This document shows positions 16,803-28,000 of a stretch of DNA of 64,000 nucleotides, piece by piece. Positions within the stretch are counted from its first letter, which is position 1; each line of letters starts with the position of its first letter. Made by a program: the position numbers and the translations under genes. The DNA is from Candidatus Aenigmatarchaeota archaeon (GTDB taxonomy: Archaea > Aenigmatarchaeota > Aenigmatarchaeia > CG10238-14). The DNA is taken from positions 12,255-76,254 of the forward strand of contig JAHLMN010000005.1 of assembly GCA_018920345.1 (NCBI GenBank). The letters are read 5' to 3'. The notes beneath the pieces were generated by a model. It was given only the letters and a program-made list of their open reading frames with translations. It had not been told where the DNA came from and searched no databases.

Positions 16803-17397
16803 ATGGAAATGATTTATGAAAAAAACAGAATATTTTTGAAAAATAAAAAAATCAATAATCTAGACAAATTTGTAATAAAATTTGTAAAAATCTTGGAAAA
16901 ATATACAAGATATGTTATAGTTAGCGGATATGTATCAATACTCTTTGGTCGTTCAAGAGCAACAGAAGATATAGATATTATTGTCGAAAAAAAAAGATCT
17001 TTCTGAATTTTTTTCTCATTTAGAAAAAAAGAATTATTGGTTGATAAATGCAAGTTTTAATGAAGCTAATGAAAACATAAAATATAATGCTATTAGAATT
17101 GCAAAAAAAGGTAAATTTATTCCAAATATAGAATTAAAGATAGCTAAGACAGATATAGAAAAAATAGCACTTTCGGAAAGAATAAGAGTTTTTCTTAATT
17201 CAAGTTCAATTTACATATCCCCCATAGAATTGAAAATAGCTTATAAGTTGTTTTTATCTTCTGAAAAAGATATAGAAGATGCAAGACATTTATTTAATAT
17301 TTTTTCAGATAAGATAAAAATAGAAGAGTTGAAAAAGATGGTTGAGGAATTAAAAGTGGAAAAAAAATTAAAATATTTGGGGATAAAATATGATTGA
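16803..17397 (+). pseudogene. Nucleotidyltransferase-fold protein interrupted by a frameshift in an A9 homopolymer (16987-16995)
   Basis: ORF 16803-17006 carries a minimal NTase motif (SGYVSILFGRSRATEDIDIIV). It stops just after the A9 run. ORF 16981-17397 continues in another frame from the same run (..IIVEKK | DLSEFFSHLEKK..). Confidence 0.5.
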
Positions 17398-17545
17398 TAT
17401 CAAAGAGTTGAAAGAGCAGAAAATAAAGAATTTTGAAGAAAGATTAAAGTTTATAGATCTTTGGTGTGATTATATAAAAAAAACCCCAAATAAAGTTTGG
17501 AGTTCTCAACAAGCAGAAATAATAAACAGCCAAATAACAAAAGAT
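17390..17545 (+). CDS. Small hypothetical protein (51 aa)
   Basis: ATG overlaps the upstream stop (ATGATTGA). MIDIKELKEQKIKNFEERLKFIDLWCDYIKKTPNKVWSSQQAEIINSQITKDMI. Weak support only. Confidence 0.3.
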
Positions 17546-17550
17546 ATGAT

Positions 17551-17940
17551 TTAAGCAAGTTTGTAATATTTCTTTCTGTTAATAACTTCTGCTCTAGCTT
17601 CTTTATTTCTTTCCATTTCTTTTAGATATTCATTACATCTAGTTCTTGATAATCCCACAATCTCAGCCAATTCTTCTGAAGTCATTTTTCCTTTTTTTCT
17701 TAATATCATTTTTATTGCTTCCTTTATCTTGTCTTTCTTTGTTATTGTTGTTGTTTCACTATCTAATGGTGTTTTTTCCAATAGTTGTTTTATTTCTTCT
17801 AGTTGTAAAGAGATTCTGTCGATTTTTTGGTTTAATTCTCTAACATCTTCCATTAACTTAAATATATGAGCATATTGCAAGTTTAGTTGTTTATGGATTT
17901 CATCATTAGAATCCTTTTCTTGTGTTAGCAATTTTATCAT
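17551..17940 (-). CDS. Coiled-coil protein with C-terminal winged-helix HTH (putative transcription regulator)
   Basis: N-terminal heptad-rich segment (LNQKIDRISLQLEEIKQLLEK), then KMTSEELAEIVGLSRTRCNEYLKEMERNKEARAEVINRKKYYKL. Confidence 0.6.
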   Translation of the reverse strand: MIKLLTQEKDSNDEIHKQLNLQYAHIFKLMEDVRELNQKIDRISLQLEEIKQLLEKTPLDSETTTITKKDKIKEAIKMILRKKGKMTSEELAEIVGLSRTRCNEYLKEMERNKEARAEVINRKKYYKLA

Positions 17941-17949
17941 ATTCTATTT

Positions 17950-18170
17950 ATTTGTTTTGTCGAAATAAAATGCTTTTCTATTCGACACTTTTCTATTCGA
18001 CTTTTTGAAAAAACTTAGAATCGACAAAATAGACAATGCATTTTAAAAAGGCTTTTTTCTCCTTGTTTTTTTGCCTATCAAACATAGTTTTTGTTTCGAT
18101 TAAAAAGAAAATGTGTCGATTCGACTTTTCTTTTCTATATATTAGAAGGAGTTATATCAATCGACAATAT
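17950..18170. promoter_or_regulatory. Divergent intergenic region with at least 8 TCGAC-containing motifs, including a 15-bp tandem direct repeat CTTTTCTATTCGAC(A/T)
   Basis: gtcgaa (17960), cttttctattcgaca (17973-17987), cttttctattcgact (17988-18002), aatcgacaaaatagacaat (18019-18037), tttcgatt (18094), tgtcgattcgac (18113-18124), aatcgacaatattgtt (18159-18174). The pentamer is GC-rich in an AT-rich genome, so the enrichment is strong. Confidence 0.5.
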
Positions 18171-18211
18171 TGTTATACAATATTGGCCAATCTAAGAAGG
18201 AGGATATCCTC

Positions 18212-19069
18212 GTGAAAGAAGAAATATTGCAACTTTTGTCTAAACATCCAGAAGGTTTGACAATAACTTCTATAGCCGAAAAACTAGGGATACATAGACA
18301 TACTGCCACAAAATATGTTAAAGATCTTATCTTATCTGGGGAGATAAATGAGAGAAATGTCGGTATGGCAAAACTTTGTTTTTTGAATAAATACAAGTCT
18401 AGGCATATAATAGGTGAAAAAGCTGAAACAGGGCAGGCACAAATATTTGCTTTAGCAATTCTCTTATTCTTTATACCTGTTTTAATAATAGCTCAGAATT
18501 TTGGCACAAATATTACAGGTAGTTTTAGTGAAGTAATCGACACAACATTTATCACTTCTTCTAGCGATATCATAACAACAACGACAATTTCTGAATTTGT
18601 CGAAAATTCGACAGAATTAGTAGTCCAACAAGAGCCTTTATTAGTTGAAAATTACTCTGAGAATTCGACAGATTTTAATGAAGATATAGCTACTTCAGAG
18701 CATCAAAATATATCATCTTTTATCAATGAAACTAATGAAACAACCTCTAATAATTCATTAACAGAAATACAAGATGAAATTTTACAGCCAACTGAAACAA
18801 TAGAAAAAATAGAACTCGATTTAAACATTCCTAAAAAGATAAATAGAGGTGAAGAATTTCAAGCAACAGCTTCAGTATTAAACAAGTTTTCTTCGCAAAA
18901 AAATGTAAAAATAAAATGGATGCTTCCTCCTGGTTTTTCCATAATAAGAGGTAGTGAAGAAACTTTTTGTGAGCTAGAATCAGAGCAAGGATGCATTTCT
19001 GAAATAATGATAAAAGCTGAAACAGAGTTGGGGTTGCACGAGATAAAGGTGAAAGCAACTTATGAGTAA
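18212..19069 (+). CDS. Membrane-anchored winged-helix regulator (cytoplasmic wHTH, single TM, extracellular glycosylated domain); probable GTG start
   Basis: GTG at 18212 is preceded by AGGAGG 7 nt upstream and gives VKEEILQLLSKHPEGL..., parallel to the paralogue start. The tracked TTG/ATG start is 18170. TM is FALAILLFFIPVLIIA, followed by NxT-rich and CARDB-like sequence. The stop overlaps the giant gene ATG by 8 nt. Confidence 0.7.
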   Translation: MKEEILQLLSKHPEGLTITSIAEKLGIHRHTATKYVKDLILSGEINERNVGMAKLCFLNKYKSRHIIGEKAETGQAQIFALAILLFFIPVLIIAQNFGTNITGSFSEVIDTTFITSSSDIITTTTISEFVENSTELVVQQEPLLVENYSENSTDFNEDIATSEHQNISSFINETNETTSNNSLTEIQDEILQPTETIEKIELDLNIPKKINRGEEFQATASVLNKFSSQKNVKIKWMLPPGFSIIRGSEETFCELESEQGCISEIMIKAETELGLHEIKVKATYE

Positions 19070-22000
19070 TCAAAAATTCAACAAAAGCCAAGTTTCTCTT
19101 GCCTTAGCTATGCCTATATTCTTCTTACCTATTCTAGTAATTCTTCCTCTATATCTTGCTTTATCTTTACTTGTGCTATATATAGCCTTCATAAACTTAA
19201 GTAAAAAATCTGAAACAGGTCAAAGCCAGTTGTTAGCTTCTTTGATTGTCTTGTTAATAACCTCTACTTTAGTAATAGCAACCAATTCCACAATTACAAA
19301 TAATACTATCACAGGAATGTTCACAGAAGTCATGCCAGAAGAGATTGAAAAAACAGCTCAAATAGAAGTGTGGGCAAATACATTTATTGAAACTTCTGAA
19401 GAAAACAATCTTATAAAAGCTAGATTATTAATGGATAATGGTTCTTTTGTTAGCGGACAAGAAATTTTATCATATTTTAATGATCAAGTTCAAAATATTC
19501 AAATCACAGATAATGATGGTTATGCATACTTTGATAAAAACATAACTAAATTAGAATATAAAGGAAACCAAAGTTTATATTTGAACCCCAGTTTTATTGA
19601 AATAAATTATACTCAGACTTTAACTAGACAAGATTTCTTAACAGTTTTTACTGACAAACAGTTTTATGAAAGTAATGAGACAGTAAATGTTTTCGGTTAT
19701 GTTTCAATAAATGGCTCAGTAGAAGTTGAGATAATAGTTGAAAAAGACAGTCAAGTATACAAAACACAAACAATATCTGCTGAAAACGGTTCATATAATT
19801 ATAATTTTATTGTTGATTTTACCGAGCAAGGTGTTTATACAATAAAAGTAAGATCAATAGGTTTGATAAATACAACAGCATTTGAATATAGGTTGCCAAA
19901 GAAACTAAGAATAGAGGCTACTGCTTTTGCAGAAAATATAGGAAAGACAAAATTAAAGTCAATAATTGTTAACGGAAGCGTTTTTTCAGGAGATACAAAA
20001 ATACCAGCCTTAATAAAAGTAAAAATTTACAATGTTAATGGAGAATTGGTATTGCAGAGTCAAAAGCAAATTGTAAATAATTTCTTTTTCAATTTTACTC
20101 ACTTGCCGAAAACATATGGCAAATATTATGCTGAGATAAATGCTGAAACTGAGTTAGGCAATGTAAGCGAAACAATTTATTTTGATGTTTTAAAGCATTT
20201 AGTACTAAAGCCTTTAATAAAACAAGAAAAATTCAATTATGAGCTAGGAGAAAAAATAAGATTCCAAGTAGATGCTGTTGATGAAGATGGAAATATCTAT
20301 TCAGATGTAAATGTTTCTGCTTTTGTCGTTGATCCTGATGGCAATGTAACAGAAGCAAATGTTATAGCAGATGAAACTTTACCAGGAAGATTTTATGTTG
20401 AGTTAGATACTGAAAGAGAGTTTAGGCCAGGCGTGCACAAGCTAAAAGTTCGACTAAACTATATTAGTCCAAACCCAGGTGAGGTTGTTGTTGAGGAGGA
20501 AGTGGAATTTGCTGTTGGTTTGATTAATGTTAATACAGATAAAAGTATTTATTTACCAGGAGATAAAGCAAAGATAACAATTGGAGTTTTAAATAATGAA
20601 GGAAAAAGGGCTTATGATGCAACTGTTATTATGAATATAATAACCCCATCAGGGGAAATTTTTACATACAATAGTTATAATGGAGATTTTTCAACAGACG
20701 AAATTGACGGTAGTTTAGCTTTGCTTTATGATGTAAATGAAACTGGCAATTATTCGATAGATGTTTTGGCATATGGTTCAAATTTTTCAGTTAATTACCA
20801 GACATTTTTTGAAACAAGAAATTATGTAGATTTTGATATACAGAGAAAGGTAAAAACACTTATAGACATAGGACATCCAAATACAGCTGAAATAAAAATC
20901 AAATCCAATGTTAATGCAAACAATGTTACATTGATAGAAAAATTACCTAATAGTTTTTTAGAAATAACAGCATATGGAGCTAGAATAGAAAGAAAGGAAA
21001 ACGAAACTTGGATTATATGGAGTTTTAATAAATTAAATGAAAATGATGAAAAAACATTAAAATATAGCTTCACAACCCCTGATGTTAACCCAGCAATTTA
21101 TTTAGCAGGCCCATTAACAGTTTATTATAATGATTCATTTGTTTTTGAAGAATCAAAACCTTGGACATTTATTGTAGTTGATGTTGTCTATTATTTCTTT
21201 AAATTCATGCCTTATTACTATAGAACTAACAATGTAACTGATTCTGTTCAGCATATAGTTTTTAACAGCTTTGATGAATATAGAGATCCCGTTATTATGT
21301 GTAGAAACCACGAAAATTATTCTTTGAATGTTCTATTAACAGATGAAGCAGATGATGATAATGGAATAATTCAACAATGGGAACTACAAATTTATGATGG
21401 TTCATGGAAAGCAATAACAACAAATGGTGTAGCAGGATTTTATATAATGTCGGGAGAAACTAATCCTGTTTCAGGTAGTGGTGTCGGTACAACAGATACA
21501 TGTACATCAAACTTTGGTGTAGCAGGTGGTGATAAATGTGAATGGGGTGAACATTTCAGATGGAACATAACAATTAATAAAACAGCACCTTTAGGTTTAA
21601 CGAAAATAAGAGTTTTGCCAAAAACAAGAACGCAAGGTCCGATGTTCAATACAAATGAATTTTATGCTTATATAATAGATTGTCAAGATATTAATCTTGT
21701 AAGACCAATAAAAATATTTGGTCCATCAGGTGAGCCAATAGACAAAATATCGAGAGGCCATATAGCAAAAATTGTAATTCCATTAGCAAATTATAACTCA
21801 TCTTTAAAAAAGGCTAACATAAGTATAGATATAAAAGATTCTACTGGAAACTCTGTTGATTGGTTTATTGAGGAAGGAAAAGTACAAACAGTATCTATAC
21901 CAGGAACTTTAACAAGACCAAATTGGAGTGAGAAAATAGTTGTATACACAGTATATGTACCTGATGAAGTACAAGCAACAACATACAGTATTTATGTAAA

Positions 22001-25000
22001 TATAACCTCAGATCAAGTAGTTGTTCAACATGCAAAAACTTTTACTGTGTATACAGATGAAGGTGGAACATCAAACGATATTGTTTTGTTTACAAGTACA
22101 CCAAGAAAATTAGGTGCAAATTGTGAGGATACAGGAGGTCAAACAACAGGTTGTGGTACAGGTCACGCATCTGTTTGTGCAGACGGAGATGGTCAACCTT
22201 GTTATAAAAATTTCAGAGAAATTTATGTATGCAATTATGGTGATTATAATCTTACAGTAAATATAACAGATTTTACCGCCGGCTCAAATGTATATTTTAC
22301 AACAGAGACAGATGGGCCTATGGCTGTTCCCCAACCTGATTATAATTCAACAGGTGAAGTTAGATGGTATAATGTTAAAATAAATACATCTTCTTGCTTC
22401 ATGGCAGAAATTCCATATAGACCGACAGACGATACTGGTGAAGAAACTTTTATTTTACAAGCCGAATGGATAGATCCTGTTACAGGAGAGTCACAAATGG
22501 TAACAAATAAACATATTTCATTAATATCTGCAACTACTGGAACACAATCTCCAACTATAACTACAATTCTTAACAGAACAACAGTGTATCCAAATGAGCA
22601 ATTACCTTTAAGAGTTATTGCAAAACTTGGAGGAAGTGAAGGTTTTGCAGCAATCGATGGTGCAGCAACACACACTGTTGTTCATTATGTTGAATTATAT
22701 ATACCTCCAGGATTTGAAAGGCCAACAAACTTTAGAGTTGTGGATAATAATGGTGCAACTATTAGAGCAACATCACCAGATCCAGGATATCCAATAGGTT
22801 CTCCGGAAGAAGGTTGGGTCGTTAAATTTTCTCCATATTCAATTGGCGGTACAGTGATAAGATTTGCAGCTGCAGCAACACAGTCTGTTGGAAATATAAA
22901 CCATTATGTGGATTTCGTAACAACTGTTTTACCTGAAAATAATATAACTCCAGGTGGAAAAGTTTTTTATACAACCTATGTAGGTTGGATGAGACAAAAC
23001 AAAGATTACCTTTTCAAAACTGATAGAAACGTGTTAAGTGTTTTATCACCATTTATAAAAACTGTTAGATATTACAATACAACAATCAATAATGAAGAAA
23101 AAGGATTTCCTTCTTCAAATATGTGTCAGCCATTTTCTGTAAAGCTTCAAGTTTTTAACAAAGGAAATTTGCCAGCAACAAATTTCAATGTAACAGAAAA
23201 CAAATATAATCATAGTGTTACACACTGGAATGATTTGCAATTTTCAAATTTCAACCCCTCTGCAAATGTTTACAGCAGTAACGGCATAATTTGGGGAAAC
23301 AATAACATCAATTTTATACCAACTGGAAAGGATAATTCATTGAATTATACTTATATAATAACAGTACCTTATCAAACAAATGGAACATTTGTTTTCAAAG
23401 CTTTGACAAGAAATATGACATATATCTTCTATGACAAAAATTATACATCATTAATTTCATGTGGAGCATCATTAATTGTAAGTGAACCAATAATTAAAAA
23501 AGGTGAAATAACAAACCCACCAATTTATGCTGGTGACATTTTCAATATTTCTTCGACAATTTATAATGATGGCCCCGGAAATGCAAGCAATGTTATAGCT
23601 ATAATCAATTATACAGCTAATTTTGATGTTAGAAACTTTACTAATCACAATAGCAATATCACATATTTAGGAAATATTCAAAGCAAAGAATCAAAAGTTG
23701 CTCACATAGATTATACTTATACTGTTAATACTACAGGTGTATTACCAGGTACATATACATTTTGCATAATAGCGAATGCAACAGAAAATGCAACAAAGGT
23801 TGCTGCTTGTAAAGATGTAACAATACAAGCTCCACCAGCAACAATAGAATTAGAAAATCCACTAATTATAAGTAAAGAAACAGGCAGCTCAAGCGGTTCA
23901 TGGGGTTACAATTTTACTTTCAATATAAGCGTAAGAGTAAGCAATTCAGACACAGATGTTTCTATTTGCTCTTATTTCAGCAAAACAGGAAACGAGCCAT
24001 GGATACAAGTTGGCGAATGCCAAAACTATCCAGCTCCAGGCCAATCTATAGGTCAATGGCAAAACTTTACATATGAATTTGATCCTAGTTGCAATGACAT
24101 AGGTCAAATAGTTTTTGTAAAATTCAACGCAACCAATAATGCAGGCACAAGCAATTCAACGCAAACAACATTTTCAATAACAAAAGATAAAATTGCATTT
24201 GAAAACTTAATTGGTAATAATACAGAAACAAGAAGAGGTAAAACAGCAACTCTGCTTGCGATTAGAACTAGAGATGCAAACGGCACACTTGTGACAAACT
24301 TACCATTAACATTTTTCGTCACATTAGATGGCACCATTTATGATTCTGGTTATTCAACAACAACAAATGCTTCTGCTTATGCCAATTATTATTTCCAAGC
24401 ATCATGCTCGCCAAAATACCAAGTTGGTTTGCAAAAAGTGAAAATTGTTTTAGCTAATAACGAATGCTATCAAGACAACAACACAGAAAGTTATTATAAT
24501 ATTTATACTAATGTTACAGGTGATATAATTTTATCTTTTGTAAGGCCTGACGGCTCTGTGAACTATACACAAGAGCAAGAAATTCCATTTTTAGGAGCAG
24601 TCACAGATGATTGTAACGATCCTATAACAGCTACAATAAAATATTTCATCAATCAATCTTCATCCAGCATAGAATGTGAAGACATTAGTCAAGTTGGTTC
24701 CAATGCATTTACTTGTGATTTACCAACAACAATAAACACACCAATGGGTTGGTATAACACGAGCATGTATGCCAATAAATTGCAACATTACAATAATTAT
24801 ACAAATAATTTAGGTAACCCAGGATTGTTCTATTTATTCCCAATCAAAAAATTATTACAACCGTCTGCTTATCCAACAACAGAAGGTTGGGGTTATCCAA
24901 ATTGGAATTTCTCAATAAATGTGAGCAGCGGAGATTCTGAAAATGTTTTGTTAGCTAGTCTTTATATGGCTCAATATTGGCCTCCAACCTATCCTTGCCC

Positions 25001-28000
25001 ATCTAATATTTGCTTGAACCAAACACCTTTAGAATGTGCAAATTGTATAGGTTCTGTAAAATATTGGTATCGCAACTTTACAGCTTATGAACAAGGAATA
25101 TGGTATTATCAATTCAAGCTAGATGGTACACAAACAGATCAAGTCATTTCAGTAACAGTTGAAAAAGATGATACAAATATAACTTATGGTGGTGAAGGAA
25201 ATTTAACAACAGTTATAAAAGATGTTCAACCTCAATATTTGTCAGCAAGAGTTTATGATTTGGATAGACAAACTTATAATGTTACTTCACCATCAGCTAC
25301 AGTTACCTTTAAGCTTTATAACAGCAATTATCCAGATGGTTATATAATTTTAGGTTCGGCCTTAACAAATGAAACAGGTTATGCAAGATTTTTGTTTAAC
25401 ATCACCAATTGCTATGGTTTTTATGAAGGAACTCAATTATGGACAGCTGAAATAAATTCCTCTGAGCCATATTACAAACCAAGCCAAATGGGTAACGGTA
25501 CTATAACTATTCAGTTGCCTGGATGCCAACCACAAATAGATGTAGAGCAAATATTGACGCCAAAAGAAGTATTTTCTGGAAGAAACTTTACAGTAAATGC
25601 AACTATAACATCTTGGGTCGCTTCAGCTGAAAATGTTTACGCAACTATTTATTTGCCTGCAGGTTGGCAAGTTGACCAAGCTATAAAGAGTTTAGGCACA
25701 GTTAATGTAGGCGAGCACGTAAGAATATCTTGGAATGTAAATGCAACAACTGATGGTGTTGAAAACATCACAGTTTATGTAAATTCGACAAATGCTAACA
25801 ACGACGTCATTTATTCAAACAAGATCATTTCATATAAGCCAATCACATCATCAATAATTGAAACATTACCAAAAATTATTCAGCCAAGCCAGAGTCAAAT
25901 ATTCAGCTTTTTATGCGAAGCAGGTGATTATAGAATAGCAAATATAACTACTAACTGGAATGGTACAAATACAAAGGCAAAACTATATTCCTATAACGGC
26001 ACGACCTGGATAGATATAGGAGAAAGATATTTGAATGAAACAAAAATAGAATTTATTCCTATCTTGCAACATCAAATAAATTCAAATGAAACAGGATATT
26101 GTTTGATAAAAATCCAAAACATAGGAGACAATTATATCAATATTAGCAATATACAATTTTCAGCATACTACAATGAAACAATAAAAATACAAGACATTAA
26201 TACAACTGTTTTTGGCAATCAAATAACTGGAATAGAGCCAAATCAAAAATTAAATGTAACTGTTAAAGTTGCAAATTCAGGGCAAGGTCAAACAGGTATT
26301 TTGTGGCTAAACATCACAGGGCCAACTGGTTTGGTAAATTATTCTTCACAGAACATTAACATACCAAATGGCATAAGCTTTTTCAATATTAATGACATAG
26401 ATACTTCAACTTGGCAAGAAGGAACATATTCTATTAAAGCATTTGTAGATTATGGCAATAAAACAGAAAGAATTGAGCTATTAGAGTTGAGACAAATACA
26501 AGCAAGGATACATGCATATAATTGGATGTGCAATTCTTCAACCGAAGATCTATCTGTAGATATTTATCATCCATTTAATGATGATATACAATACAACATT
26601 TCCTTGCAAGTCCCATCTGGTTGGCAATATTCACCTGTTTATCAACTAATAAATGCATCTACTAAAGGCAATTACACAGCCAACTTCACCATAACTTCAG
26701 GCAATACTGCTGAAGTAGCATTAATAAATGCTTCTATTGTCTACAACTATCCTCAAGAAAAATCTTTGCAAGTAACTAAACAAATTATAAGCAATTCAAT
26801 TGCAATTTTAGAAGTTATAAGAGAAATGCCGAAATATGTTGGTAATGACAAAGTTTTTGATGCTCAATTAGTAATACACAATAAAGGTTGTGCACCAACA
26901 ACAGGAACAACAACTGTTTCAGAGCAAATATCAGCAGGATGGATACCAGCAAACCCATTCATAAAGAAAAATGAGTATGGTGACAATATAGAGCTAATAT
27001 CAACACAAGTTGATTTAATTAAAAATAAGGTAACATGGAATTTAGGCCAAATAGGCGTGAATGAATATGCTGTTTTGACATATCAAATAAAAGCACCAGT
27101 CGATACTGCAAGAGAAGGTCAATTCACTTGGAATGTTTCTTGGGATGGAAAGAGTTTGAGAGAAAGAGACCCATATAATGTGCAGACAGCTAATTATTCA
27201 AATGAAGCTCATTTAGAGTTTGATTTAGAGGCCTTGCAACAAGAAGCCTATCCGTGGGTCGAGCCAAGATCTGCTCAGCTAAATAGAAATTATGAATATG
27301 CATTAAAAGTCACAAATGTTGGAGATAAAAATGCAACCGATTGGACAATAACACTATATGTTCCCGAAGCTTGTGATGTCAAGGCAATAAAGAACAGTGG
27401 CAGTTGGAACTCAACCTCAAGAAAAATCTCTTGGTCTTTACCTGAAATAGAGACTTATGAAAGCACTTATTTGAACTTTACATTGAATTGTACAATTGAA
27501 GGAAAGAAAATATTAATAGCAGAGGCATTAAAAGACGAAAGACAACAAATAGCTTTCACAAACGACACAAGCATCTCTTGTTATGGTCAAGAATGTTTAA
27601 TTGAGCAGCCATTCACATTTACAAAACCAGTTAATGCGAGATATGAAACCCTATCTGCTTTAAACATGCTGGTAAATTATGATTGGAGCGGGTTTAGAAA
27701 CACAATAGGAGAAGGAAAGATAACTTTCACAGACGATTTAGGAAACTATTACACTTTATGGCAAAATTACAGTCATGATAGCACATCATCATCTTTATGG
27801 CAAAATTACACAATTCTGGAAAATGAAAAGTATGTTTCTCCAACAAGAAAAATAAAAATAGAAGGTTATGCAGATGCAACTGATGATGCTTTAACAAATG
27901 TTACTATTAACAAAATAAATTATGTCTGGAATGTTGGAAAATACTTCCAAGAGCCACAAGAATTGTTTATAAAGACAAAGATATACACATATAAACCTTT

